Source: a virus | Lineage: Duplodnaviria; Heunggongvirae; Uroviricota; Caudoviricetes | Reading direction: 5' to 3' (one strand) | Length of the DNA stretch: 64,000 bases | Virus record (IMG/VR): IMGVR_UViG_3300006155_000234 | Program-made: the position numbers and the translations under genes | Notes under the pieces: generated by a model | Seen by the model: only the letters and a program-made list of their open reading frames with translations | Told to the model about the DNA's origin: nothing | Database searches by the model: none | In this document: positions 29,780-41,841 of the stretch, piece by piece | How the letters are laid out: each line of letters opens with the position of its first letter | How positions within the stretch are numbered: position 1 is the first letter of the stretch

Positions 29780-31160
29780 ATGATACCTAATTGTAAGCAA
29801 GAAAAAGAAAATAACGATATAAATAAAAATATGTATATGATAACAGAACAAATGATGACTATTTCAGAAGATGTACTTTCTGATTATCCTAATGAAGTTG
29901 CATATTTACAAAAATTAGCAAATGATGTTTTAAATGCATCTGATTATAGTGACTATCCAATAGTATTTATGACAAATGTAAATACACCAAGTTCACCAGT
30001 TGCAGCTATAATTTCAAAATATGTAAAAAGAAATAGATTATTAGAAATATCTAGTATATTACCTGCAGAAGCAAAAATAGACCTTTATCAATCTGCAAAG
30101 ACACAAAATGTCTATATTTTAGGCTCTACTGTTGAAATAAGATTAGATGCTAATGATAAAGTAAAAAGTTCATTACTAAAAGAAACTAATAATTTAATAG
30201 GTACAGTAAACTTACCATTTTTAAGTACAGAGTTTAATGGTAATGGAGATATTGAAACATATACACCTACAAATGATTATCAACCTGCAACAAAAAAGTA
30301 TGTAGATGATGTTGTAACAGAAAGTATAAATAATCTTCAACCACCTTCAAAAAAATTAAAATGTAAGAATATATCAACATATACAGATGTTATAGTATCT
30401 GATAGTGAATGTACTATAAATAATATACAACGAAATAAAGCAGTAGTAATTGAATTTTTAGAATCATATAATCCACGGAGAAATTCGTATAGAATATTCT
30501 GTATTAAACAGTTCGAACAGTGATGCAATAGTAGATAGTGGTTATATAGAAAGACCTGATTCTTCAGCAGATAATGAAAATGTTTTTATGATTAAAGATA
30601 CTTCTAAAGGAGAATATATACATAATGGAATAATAAATGCTGGTGATATGTTTAGATTAGAATTAACTGAATTTTCAGGAATAGAAGGAATTTCTTCATT
30701 AACAATTAGAATCAATGAAAATGTAAAATTTTTACCTATAAACAGAAATATAGAATATACTCCAACTGCTGATTACCACCCAACAACTAAAAAATATGTA
30801 GATACCCAAATACAAAACAATTTATATCATAATTATACAACTGGTGAAACATTATCAGGAGATATATGGATAGATGGAAGTCCTGTGTATAGAAAAGTAA
30901 TACAAATAAATTCAGTAATTAAAAATTTAAGTACATTTGCTCATAATATATCAGGGATTACAAATATAGTAAATATTAAGGGTTATGGTAAGGTAACTGA
31001 TAATGCTTTTGTACCTATAAATAGTTGTTTGACTAATGGTATTAAGCAATATAATTCATGTGTTTGCTTAGAGGGAAGTAATATTATATTCTATATGTCA
31101 GCAGATAGAGAGAACTTCATAAGTGCAAATGTTATAATAGAATATACAAAAGCATTATAG
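29780..31160 (+). CDS. Tail fibre protein (~459 aa) split by a +1 shift at CGGA 30476
   Basis: The +1 frame is open from 30477 into ORF 30588; YTPTxDYxPxTKKYVD occurs on both sides; no RBS before 30588. Confidence 0.72.
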
Positions 31161-31172
31161 GTTGGTGATTAT

Positions 31173-31541
31173 ATGAGTAGTATAGGAAGATTAAAAATAG
31201 ACGAAGAAATACAAATTGGAGATTTAGTTGCAATAGACAAAATAAATGGTACTGCACATAAAGCAACATTATTTGATAAAAAAACTGTTGTAGGTGTATG
31301 TGCTGACATATTTCCAGATGCAAATGAAATTCTAATATGTAATGAAGGTATGATAGATGTTAATGTAACTGGAATAATTTGTTTAGGTGACCATCTAGGT
31401 GTTTCTGATAAAGCAGGAAAAGCAGAGGCAATAAATTATGAAATACAAGAAGAGAAACAATTTGATGTTAGAAGTATAGGAAAGGTAATTTATTTAGGGG
31501 ATAAATATTCAAAAGCAAGAATACTTCTAAATATTAAGTAA
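31173..31541 (+). CDS. Tail-fibre-associated beta-rich protein (paralog of 22380)
   Basis: Shared motifs with 22380. Confidence 0.65.
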   Translation: MSSIGRLKIDEEIQIGDLVAIDKINGTAHKATLFDKKTVVGVCADIFPDANEILICNEGMIDVNVTGIICLGDHLGVSDKAGKAEAINYEIQEEKQFDVRSIGKVIYLGDKYSKARILLNIK

Positions 31542-31626
31542 TTCTTCTTTACAAGGTTTACCTAGAATTGATTTTAATATAAAACTGGACATATTATATG
31601 TCTAGTAGGAGAGGTAGGTTTATTTT

Positions 31627-32004
31627 ATGGACGTGAAAGAATTTGAAAAGAAAGCAGAATTAAAAGTGAGTGAGGAATGCTGTTGTGCAACACCAGTAGA
31701 AATATCAAGAAAGATAAAAATACATGGTGAACTATGTAATAAGCTTAAAAAGTTATATGAAACTAAAAATGCAGATTATGGAGATAGTATGCATCCATTA
31801 TTTGAAGAGTATGGTTTAACAGCATTTAATGTTTTATTTGATATTAAATTAAATAGAATTAAATCATTACAATTCAAAAAAGGAAATTACGAAAGTTTAG
31901 AAGATAGCTTATTAGATTTAGCTAATTATGCTTTGATAGCTGTTACTGAACTTACAGATAAGAAAAATGAAGAAGAAACTAAAAAGAAAATGTCAAGGTA
32001 TTAA
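31627..32004 (+). CDS. DUF1599 / nucleotide-modification-associated domain protein
   Basis: KNADYGDS..DIKLNRI..ESLEDSLLDLANYA. Confidence 0.8.
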   Translation: MDVKEFEKKAELKVSEECCCATPVEISRKIKIHGELCNKLKKLYETKNADYGDSMHPLFEEYGLTAFNVLFDIKLNRIKSLQFKKGNYESLEDSLLDLANYALIAVTELTDKKNEEETKKKMSRY

Positions 32005-32364
32005 AAATCTTTTACATTTTTAGAATTTATCTTATAATAAAAATAAAACACATCTTTAAGATGTGTTTTTTGTTGCAACGATAATTTAAAATTCAAATTT
32101 AATGAGATAAACTGTGAATTTTGATTTATCTATTAATATACTAACATATCTTTAAAAATTTGTCAACCTCTCTATGTAAAATATTAATGAGGGCAGAAAA
32201 TGTCTTAAATAATTGAATATAAGTACAGGGAGAAGGGTTCTGGGTTACAGAAATGCTGTACAACATATAAAGGTTATTGATACAAGAAGGATTGTAGAGA
32301 TATAACCATTTTAACCATACTTTCTCCCAGTATGGTTATTTTTATGGAAGGAGGAAAATCATAA

Positions 32365-33411
32365 ATGTTCATTAAACTAAAAGATGGAAGAAAACTAAAT
32401 CTATATTGGCTATCTGATTGTTTTGTAGGGAAACACGATAAGAAAATAGTTATCTTTTATATGGTAAATAATACTAAACTTATTGAAGCTTATGACACAG
32501 ATACAGATGCTTCAAAAAGAGTTTCAGAAGTAGAGAAGATAATGGCAAATTTAGGACAAGGTGGTTCTGGTGGTGGAAGTTCTGATTGTGAAAATTGTTG
32601 TGAGTTAGAATGGGATATTACTTCTAATAAAGACTGTGGAGCTGCACCTGCAAAAACATTTTTTAAGAAAGGTTTAACTTTTACAGAATTTGCAGAAAAA
32701 ATATTAAGAACCGATATTGCACCTTCATTTAATGTATCATTTACAAACATAGGTATATATGAATGTGGTCGTACAATTCCAAGTACATTGATGAAATTAA
32801 ATGTAACAAATAAACCTGATGTAACATATACAATAGATAAATCTAATTTCTATTTAGATACATCATTAGTTGGTACAGATACAGGAGATAAAGCAGCATT
32901 CCAATATAATTATGCAACACCTATAAAATCAGATGTACCAAAAGTATTTACACCTAAAGCAGAAATTGTCTATAACACGAATAAAAAAGGTAGTAAAACA
33001 AATGGAACATTCCAATTTGTATATCCAAGTTATTATGGGGTAATCAATATAGGTATGAATGATATAAATGATACTAAACTAAATAATATAGTATCACAAT
33101 GGACAATAGTAGAGAATGTAACAAATAATCCAAAAACAACAACAGAGGGTGTATTTAATAAAAGAATTTCAGCAAGTAAAGCATTTGATTATACAGGTGT
33201 AACTTTAAATGACCAAAGGTTCTTTTATATGTATCCAGCATCTTATGGTGCATTAACAAACATATTAGATGGAAATGGATTTAAATATATAGACAGTTAT
33301 ACTTCAAAGACAATAAGTATAATTACAACAAATGGACAAACAGTTCCTTATTTAGTTTACTTATTAACAGACCCAACAACAAATACAGGATTGATTCAAA
33401 AATATTCATAG
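32365..33411 (+). CDS. Virion structural/tail protein
   Basis: First gene of the second late tail operon; beta-rich; FVYPSYYG..YPASYGALTNILDGNGF. Confidence 0.65.
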   Translation: MFIKLKDGRKLNLYWLSDCFVGKHDKKIVIFYMVNNTKLIEAYDTDTDASKRVSEVEKIMANLGQGGSGGGSSDCENCCELEWDITSNKDCGAAPAKTFFKKGLTFTEFAEKILRTDIAPSFNVSFTNIGIYECGRTIPSTLMKLNVTNKPDVTYTIDKSNFYLDTSLVGTDTGDKAAFQYNYATPIKSDVPKVFTPKAEIVYNTNKKGSKTNGTFQFVYPSYYGVINIGMNDINDTKLNNIVSQWTIVENVTNNPKTTTEGVFNKRISASKAFDYTGVTLNDQRFFYMYPASYGALTNILDGNGFKYIDSYTSKTISIITTNGQTVPYLVYLLTDPTTNTGLIQKYS

Positions 33412-33427
33412 AGAGGAGGAATAGTAG

Positions 33428-35773
33428 ATGGCAATTTTAACAGCCGATAATTTTAAGTATCAAGGTAGAAAACCTCTAGATAGCAGAATTGTTCAAAAGA
33501 CAAAAACAGATATGACCTCAATGGCAGAATCTATAATTTATAGTGGAATTATATGTTATGTAGAAGATGAACAAAAATTTTATGTATTTGATACAAATAA
33601 CACAGTAGACCCAATATTAAAGAAATGGAGAGAACTTACTACAGGTGGTTCTGGAAATGCAAAGATTAATAGATATAAACAAAATACAGATTATAAAACA
33701 GATGAAATAATTATATATGATGATAAGATATACTTAGTATTAGCAGATTTTAAATCAGATAATACACAAGCAGCATTAGCAGATAGTTTTGATTTAGATT
33801 TAAAAAATAATAAGTTTGTACCATTAGACAAAGATACAAACTGTGTTGAATATAAACAAAACACAAACTATATAAAAGATATGTTAGTGTATGTTGATAA
33901 TAAACTTGCTAGAGTAGTTGCTGATTTTATATCAGACAATACAGCTACAAATATAAATGATGCATTTGATATTGATATCGCAAGTAACAAATTAGTATTA
34001 GTATCAGAGGATAAGGTAGTAGATAGAATCAAATCAAATACAACATTAACTACTACTATTGGAAGTACAACAACAATAGCAATAACAGATTTACCATCAA
34101 CTACAATAAATGATGTAAAATTAAATCAATTAGTGTATGATAAAGATGGTACAGTTGGATTTATTTCTAATATAGATATAACTAATAATGATGTAACAGT
34201 ATTAACTATTACTAAATCAGATGGAAATGAAAAAACTATAAGATATAAATCAGATGTTTTATTAGATAAAACAATACTAAATCAAAGTACAATAAACTTT
34301 ACAGACTTAAATACATTATATACAGTTGCTGACTTATTAGAAAATCAATTAGTGTATGATAAAGATGGTACAGTTGGAAAGATAGATACTATAACAACTA
34401 CACCAGCAGGAACAACAATAGTTATAACAACTTTAACAACATCAATAAAAGGATTTGAATTAGATTATTATAAATATGATAATTTATTAAATAAGGATGT
34501 AGATACAACCCAAAATATCTTATTTACTGATTTAAGTATATCAACAACCTTAACAATAAATGATTTAAAAGAAAATCAAATTGTATTTGATGAAGAAGGT
34601 ACAATTTCAAAAATAGAAAATATAGATACAGTAAATAATGAATTAACAGTAAGAATCATAACTATTGATACTATATCAGCATCAATGAAAGAATATAAAA
34701 TAACAGAAACATTAGATTTAGCAGTAGACAGCCAACTATTAGTAAATGTTCCATCAGGTGTAAATATAAATGATATAATGATAGACCAATTAGTATATGA
34801 TGATAATGGAACAGTTGCAAAAATAATTAGTATAGATACAACTCAGAATAAGCTATTAGTTCAAACTATAACAGGATTAGGTATGCCAATAGCACCTGAT
34901 ACAAAGAAATTAAAAATAGAAAATGGTGGTTCTGGTTATCAAGTAGGAGATATAATTGAGAGTACAACAGCAGGATTATTTGCTAAAGTAACTATGGTTG
35001 ATACAAACGGAGCAATACTTGAAATAACAGATATAACAGCAACAGCCCAAAGTGTAAATGGTACAGATGCTAAAATAGGAAATGAACAAGTTATTTATGG
35101 TGGTTATGGTAGAAACTGGGCTGCTTTATCAAATGCAGCAGTACAAGTTGCAACAGTTGTAGCAGAAAAATTTGTGTACGAAGAAGGATATACATTTGAA
35201 ATAGTAAATGCAGGTTCTAATTATGCTGTGGGTGATATAATTGGTACAGATAAATCAGATGTATTTGTATCTATAACAAGTGTAGGTGTAAGTGGAGAAA
35301 TCTTAAATGTACAATACACAAGAGATGATACAGTTACTACATCAGGAACTGGTGCTAATATATCTGCAATTCCAAGCAAAGACGTATTTATTATTTTAGA
35401 TAAATACTGGAATGAGGGTATTGCATTATTTACATTAGTAAATGATGACGGAGCATGGGTAGAATTTTTAAGAACAGATGACAGTCTAGTTAAATATTCT
35501 GCTGGACCAAATAATAAAACATACAAGTTTGTATATAACCCAGCAAATGGTACTATTACACAATCTTACACAATGTGTAATGGTGGTGGAAGTACAGAAG
35601 GAATATCATTTGAGGAGACTAAAAATTATTTAGAAAATGACCTGATAATGAGAAATAATAAATTATACAAATGTACCCAAGATTATACTTCAACAAATGA
35701 TTTCGATACAGACTTGAATAATGGATATTGGGAACAATATCAGATAGTAGAAATTGGAGGTGAAATTATATAA
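33428..35773 (+). CDS. Tail fibre/adhesin with CBM5/12-like and QLVYDxDGT repeats
   Basis: YKQNTDYK..IYDDKIY repeats; four QLVYDxxGT units; two GSxYxVGDII units. Confidence 0.7.
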   Translation: MAILTADNFKYQGRKPLDSRIVQKTKTDMTSMAESIIYSGIICYVEDEQKFYVFDTNNTVDPILKKWRELTTGGSGNAKINRYKQNTDYKTDEIIIYDDKIYLVLADFKSDNTQAALADSFDLDLKNNKFVPLDKDTNCVEYKQNTNYIKDMLVYVDNKLARVVADFISDNTATNINDAFDIDIASNKLVLVSEDKVVDRIKSNTTLTTTIGSTTTIAITDLPSTTINDVKLNQLVYDKDGTVGFISNIDITNNDVTVLTITKSDGNEKTIRYKSDVLLDKTILNQSTINFTDLNTLYTVADLLENQLVYDKDGTVGKIDTITTTPAGTTIVITTLTTSIKGFELDYYKYDNLLNKDVDTTQNILFTDLSISTTLTINDLKENQIVFDEEGTISKIENIDTVNNELTVRIITIDTISASMKEYKITETLDLAVDSQLLVNVPSGVNINDIMIDQLVYDDNGTVAKIISIDTTQNKLLVQTITGLGMPIAPDTKKLKIENGGSGYQVGDIIESTTAGLFAKVTMVDTNGAILEITDITATAQSVNGTDAKIGNEQVIYGGYGRNWAALSNAAVQVATVVAEKFVYEEGYTFEIVNAGSNYAVGDIIGTDKSDVFVSITSVGVSGEILNVQYTRDDTVTTSGTGANISAIPSKDVFIILDKYWNEGIALFTLVNDDGAWVEFLRTDDSLVKYSAGPNNKTYKFVYNPANGTITQSYTMCNGGGSTEGISFEETKNYLENDLIMRNNKLYKCTQDYTSTNDFDTDLNNGYWEQYQIVEIGGEII
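34123..34378 (+). repeat. 37-bp exact direct repeat (34123-34159 and 34342-34378)
   Basis: aaatcaattagtgtatgataaagatggtacagttgga occurs twice. Confidence 0.85.
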
Positions 35774-37821
35774 TGGCTTTATATTATGGATTTAAAAGTG
35801 CATTAGAAAATTCAACAAAACAATTTTCTACATTGGATTTAATTATAGAATATGATGATGCAGATGTTTCAAAAGTTAGATTAAAAACAGGAAATAAAAC
35901 AGGAAAAGCAACTTATAATAATTTAAGTTATTTAACTGGAGAAGGTGGTTCAAAAGTTGTTAAATATGAACAAGATACAGATTATAAAAAAGATGAACTT
36001 GTTTATTTAGGTAATATACTAAAAAGAGCAGATAAAGATTTCAAATCAGATAATGCACAAGTATTATTAGAAGATGCATTTAAAACAGATATTGCTAATA
36101 ACAATTTAGTAGATATAGTTGAAGAACAAGAAGTACCAAAATGTTTAGGCTCAGTAAAGACAGATAACACAGCAGATTTACCAACTAATCCAGTTGAAGG
36201 TAATTGGGTTTTAATAGAAGAATGTGTAAATGCTGCACCTACACAAGCAGGTATTGGTTTATATAGCAATTCAAGTTGGACAATATTACCAATACCATCT
36301 GGAACATTTACATTTCCAGAACCATCTGATGATGCAAAACTATATTTTAGAAAAAGAGATGTAGGAGCAACTAATGGGCAATGGGAAGCATTTACTACAA
36401 TAGATGGTAATGAAGTAGAAATTCAAATAAAATCTTTAAAGGATTCAATAGATGGTGCAAAAGTACCAAAACAAAATGAGTTAGTATGGGATTCAGAAAG
36501 AAAGATATTAGTTGTAGGAGATGGGACAACAAATTTAGGAAATCTAAAACCATTTTATGAGAATACACTAACAGCATCTGATATAACAACTACATTAGGA
36601 TTTACACCAGAAAATTCTGCAAATAAGGGACAAGCAAATGGATATGCACCATTAGATGCAAATGGAAAAGTTCCAGCAGGAAATCTACCAGATGCAGTAA
36701 CAAATACTTATTCAAAAACAGAAATAGACCAAAAAGATACAGATACATTAGCATCTGCTACAACATTAGTAAATGCAGAAGCAACAACAGCAAGAACTAA
36801 TGAAAATGCAATAAGAACAGACTTAACAAACCATGTAAATGATACTACAATTCATGTAACTCAAACAGATAAAGATAAATGGAATGCTAAAGTAGATACA
36901 TCTGATTTAACAAATTATGATAACCACTTAAGCGATACAGTAATTCATGTTACACAAGCAGATAAAGATAAATGGAATGGTATGAGTACAGCATATTATG
37001 TTACTAATATAGCAAGTTTACCATCAACAGGTGTAAATGTTGGTAGTATGGGTTATGTGCAAGTATCAGCAGCAGGTGTAACACCAGTTGTTTGTGACCA
37101 ATATATATATGACGGAACACAATGGTTACCTTATGATGCAGGACAAATTTCTATACAATTTAACTGGGGGAATATTCAAGGAAAACCAGCATCAACTCCT
37201 TTAAGTATAGACAATGCTGTAACAGTTGCACATAATCATGCAAATATGAATGTATTAAATAAGATAGGGCAATCAACAGCAGGTAAATTTACTTATGATG
37301 GTGTTGAAATAGGTGCTGTTGTAGTATTTTTAGATAATGACAATATGTTACCTGCAACAGGAGAAGATAATGTATTATATGTAATTTTAGAGGATTCTAG
37401 GGTTAGAAATTATCCATCTATATCTGTATGGAAAGATAATGCTTACCAACCATTAGGAAGAGGAATACAGGACTCAGCACCAGTTGTAGGAGATATGCAA
37501 ATATTACAAGCAGAATACTATTCTGTTACTCCTGATACTGTTCAAAAGATTTCTGTTACTTCAAATCAATACTTTGCATTTATGCCAGTAGAGATATTGA
37601 GAGAAATAGAAGGATTAAAAAATCAAAGTAAAGAAATAGTTGATATGAAGGAATCTACTGATTATAAGTATGATAGTGATTTATTTGATATTACATCAGA
37701 TAGTAAATTAAAGATACGCATAAAATCTAAACCTACAAATGTTGATACAGTATCTGATTATTTTTATTCTAGTGTTGATATTGATATGTCATCATATAAA
37801 GATGTAGATAGTATAGAATAG
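35773..37821 (+). CDS. Tail fibre protein
   Basis: Mtd-N-like VVGDGTT; KGQANGYAPLDANGKVP; two HVTQxDKDKWN repeats. Confidence 0.75.
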   Translation: MALYYGFKSALENSTKQFSTLDLIIEYDDADVSKVRLKTGNKTGKATYNNLSYLTGEGGSKVVKYEQDTDYKKDELVYLGNILKRADKDFKSDNAQVLLEDAFKTDIANNNLVDIVEEQEVPKCLGSVKTDNTADLPTNPVEGNWVLIEECVNAAPTQAGIGLYSNSSWTILPIPSGTFTFPEPSDDAKLYFRKRDVGATNGQWEAFTTIDGNEVEIQIKSLKDSIDGAKVPKQNELVWDSERKILVVGDGTTNLGNLKPFYENTLTASDITTTLGFTPENSANKGQANGYAPLDANGKVPAGNLPDAVTNTYSKTEIDQKDTDTLASATTLVNAEATTARTNENAIRTDLTNHVNDTTIHVTQTDKDKWNAKVDTSDLTNYDNHLSDTVIHVTQADKDKWNGMSTAYYVTNIASLPSTGVNVGSMGYVQVSAAGVTPVVCDQYIYDGTQWLPYDAGQISIQFNWGNIQGKPASTPLSIDNAVTVAHNHANMNVLNKIGQSTAGKFTYDGVEIGAVVVFLDNDNMLPATGEDNVLYVILEDSRVRNYPSISVWKDNAYQPLGRGIQDSAPVVGDMQILQAEYYSVTPDTVQKISVTSNQYFAFMPVEILREIEGLKNQSKEIVDMKESTDYKYDSDLFDITSDSKLKIRIKSKPTNVDTVSDYFYSSVDIDMSSYKDVDSIE

Positions 37822-37840
37822 AAAGGAGGAAATAGATACT

Positions 37841-39561
37841 ATGGGAAAAGTATTACAATTTAAGTCATGTGCAGTTGGTGGCGAATTTACTGGATTTGGA
37901 AGAACACCATCAAGTTACTACTATACAAGACCAGATAATACTGCTGACTTTCCAACAACAGTAATAAATACCTATAAAGACGATAAATACCTATCTGGAA
38001 AAGTAACTGGTATAGGTTGTGGTTGGCAACAATACACAGTACCAAACTCTGGTAAAGTTAAGTTTACTGTAAGAGGGGCTGCTGGTGGTTCTACTGGTAG
38101 TGGAACAATTAATCCAGTAACTGGTGATTGTGCTGGTAGTATAAATAAACCACGGAAGAGGTGCTAAGTTAGTAGGAGATGTAAAACTTAAAAGAAATGA
38201 TATACTTTATATATTAGTTGGAATTAGAGGCTGGAGTAATAATGGTTCAGATTGGGGTTCTGGTGGAGGAGGAGCATCTGCTGTGCTCCTTGATAACCCT
38301 GCTGGAGCATATACATTTGCACCTTTAAATAGAAAAGTTGATGTATTATTTGTTGCAGGTGGTGGAGGTGGATGTTATGATTCAACTTTTGGAACATATT
38401 ATTATGGTGACGATGCAGTTGTAACAGATGGTACTAATACAAATGGTGGTTCTGCTAATGGAGGCTCTGGTGGTGGAGGTTTGACTGGTAATGGTGCAAG
38501 AGGAAATGGACCAGCAGGTGGTCAAAGTCTATTATCTGGTAACTCTGCAGGAAACCCAACAGATATTCACTACGGAGGATGGGGTGGACGGAGGTTCATC
38601 TTATGACGGTGGTGGAGCTGGTGGTGGTTACTCAGGTGGAAGTGCTTATGGAAATGGCAGAGGTGCTTCAGGAGGAACATCATATATCAACCCTACTTTA
38701 TGTAATGAAATTTCAAGGGGTTATGCAACAGTTACGGATGATGGCAATAGAAATCTAACTAATCCTTGGACAGCCTATGGTTTTGTAGAATTAGAATTAG
38801 GAAGAGACGAAAATAAATATATTATAGTAAAAGATACAGATGGTTATAAATGGTTTAATGGAGAAGATACAATAGAAGGTACTGTAAAAACAGGATTTAC
38901 TAATCAATGGGAATTAATACCAAATGTAACAACAGAAGCAGATTTAACAGAAGATATATATAAAGATTATGGCAATACACTTATTATAAATAGCAATGGT
39001 TTAAAAGATAATTCAAAATTCCTTGTAATGTCAAAAGAACCAGATGAAAGTATTACAGTAAGTGGAAATGTAAATAAAGCAATAATAGAACAAATCAAAG
39101 ATGTAAGTATATCTGATGTATCAGAACTTAAATCTGTTACTGCTACAACAAATCTAACTAATCTAAATGTTAAATTTGCAGTATCTAAGAATAGTGGTAA
39201 GACTTGGCAAACTTATAGTACAGGAAATTGGGTAGATATAAATATAAAAGATAAAGATGAATTTTCAAATAATGGTTATAACTTATCTCAATTTAATTCA
39301 ATTCCAGTTTTAGATTGGAATAACTACAAAGCAAAAACTGTTAAATTTGCATTTATAATTACACAAGATGGTATGAATAAAAATACAATTATAGATAACA
39401 TAAAGATAGTTGCAGATTTAGTAGGTTCTTGGAGACACTTTAAAGAATCTGAGGCAGGTTATGAGTATATATCAGATACAGAATTAAAAGTAACATTCAT
39501 AGAAGGTGGAAATTATAAAGTAAATTATTTAGATAGTTTAAATCAATCCACAAGTAATTAA
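37841..39561 (+). CDS. Glycine-rich (ALK/LTK-type) tail protein (~572 aa) split by two +1 shifts at CGGA 38153 and 38589
   Basis: The shifted reading gives QQYTVP..VRGAAGG..PGRGAKLVG..LYILVG..GGGGAS..VAGGGGG..GGWGGGGSS..GAGGGYSGG..GGTSYIN. Confidence 0.8.
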
Positions 39562-39624
39562 ATATAATCAGGAAAGGTGACATTCCTTTCCTGATAAAAT
39601 AAAGAAGGAGGGTAAACATTAATT

Positions 39625-41824
39625 ATGGCTAATGGAATAATACAGTTTGTTAAAGACTTGATAAATGATAATGCAAGGAGTACAAAAACAACTTATTCAT
39701 CTGATAAAATAGAACAGTTAATATCAAGTATAAATAATACAGGTGTTGGTACAGAAGTAATATTAGGTTGTTTTAATAGTACAAATGCACCCACAACTTT
39801 TGTTCAAGATGACCAATATTATAATATAACAGATGGTAAGATTTATAAGGCTACATCAAGTACATCTTGGGATAGTGGAAATATACCAAAAGAAGATGTA
39901 TTATATGCAAGTATTAATGACAATAAAATATATGCTTATATAAAAGGTGTATGGGATGTCTATGGTGGTACTAATACAAAAATATCTCAAAAAGTAAATA
40001 ATATATTAAAAGATTTATCAGGACAAACAAATGCAAATGAAAACGGATTATATGTACCATTATCAAAGAAATCAGGAAATGTAATCGATAATTTAACAGG
40101 ACAAGCAACTGATGTGAATAATGGTTTGTTTATAGGTAAATCTGCAAAGACAGATAATGCCTTACAAAAATTAACTGGTAATACAAATCCATCAGAAGAT
40201 GGTTTATATGTAGAAGATTTAAACCCAAAAATAAATAAAATAAATGCTACAACAAAATTAAATGAAGGAAAGACACAAGAATATTTTTATTTAACAGGTA
40301 AAGGTAACGGTGAATATTCAGATGTTACTAATCAAATTTCTTTATCTAACAGTAATTATGACTTTTTATATCTAATGAGAAATGAGGATTTACAAACATC
40401 TATCGATGATACTGCAAGATATGATTTATCTAAAAATGGAATAACACCAGCCACTGGTTCATTTGTAACTTTAAAAGCAGGGATAACATATAATATAGAA
40501 TATAGTATATTGTCATCAAGTCAAGGTTCTTATTCAATTACAGATGAAAATGGAAAAAGAATAGGAAATAGAGGATATATTGGTGTTAGTAGCTTTGGAG
40601 ACAGCACAGTATCTGCAATGGCAAAATATGATAAAGATACAAAGATTTATTTTAGGTATAGAGCAAATACAACACAAAATATATATCCAGGATGTTCTTA
40701 TATCAAAATAGAAGCAATGGAATATTTAGCAATAGACCCATTACAATATATTGATAATACAAATGGTACACAAGATACACCTGTTGGAACTATCATAAAT
40801 TTAATGGGAAATAATGCTCCTAAACATTATTTGAAGTGCGATGGTGCAGAATACAATATTGCAGATTATCCATATCTTGCAGAATATTTCAAGGCAGAGT
40901 TTGGTAGTATTAATAAATTTGGAGGAGATGGTTCAACTACATTTAGAGTACCAGATTTGAAGGGTGAATTTTTAAGAAATACAGGAGTAAATGGACATGC
41001 AAATCAAGGTAATGGTTCAACAGTAGGAACACATCAAGATGCTACAACTTTAGCATATCAATTAACTTATACAGATGGAAAATTATATACTAAAAGGGAT
41101 GCTGCAGGAAACACAGCAGGACCAGGTAACTCAGATTTTATGACAAATGAAAATAATGCTTGGTCATCTCAATTTAATCCTCGGAAGTATGTATAGAGAT
41201 AATATATCACCTTTTCGATATACAACCAGACCTACAAATACATCTGTATTATACTGTATCAAGGCAGAACCTACTTACTTCATAAATGTAATTGGTACTA
41301 CAATAGAAGATGAACTATTAGATAATCAAATAGATGTAAATCTTCCAACAAATGTGGATTTAACTATGATGCTAAATCAAGATATACAATTAAATGATAA
41401 GATAACTAATTATGACGAAATAAAAGTTAAAATAGGTTTAGACACAGGAACAGGTACATCTAATAGAGATATAAAAACAATAGAAACTAATGATATTTCA
41501 TATACTGCAACAATAGGTAATGATGCCTATACTATGGATATGACAGTTGTTGCTGGTAGCGGAATACACACAGCAAATATAATATTCTCATTTAAAGATG
41601 ATGAAACATTTACAGCAATAAGGTCAGGATATTATTGTACTGGAACTAAATCATGGACAGGATTAAAATTATTATCTATAAAAGGAATAAAAACAACTTC
41701 TGTTGTTCAAGGTGGAAACTTTGGAGGAAATGGAAGTTCAAATTCAAATTGTGATTGTGGAATATTAACAACAGCACAGATAACAAAAGCAGTTACAGAT
41801 ACTAAAACAGAGTGGGATAAATAG
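39625..41824 (+). CDS. Tail fibre with tail-collar domain (~732 aa) split by a +1 shift at CGGA 41182
   Basis: PVGTII..YLKCDG..VPDLKGEFLR before the shift; the closing motif TRPTNTSVLYCIKA lies in the +1 frame. Confidence 0.8.
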
Positions 41825-41841
41825 AAAGGAGGAAGTAAATT

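Noticed and set aside
38283-38606. Separate small genes at 38283, 38491, 41147 and 30588
   Set aside because: No convincing RBS; they are better explained as +1 continuations after the CGGA sites.
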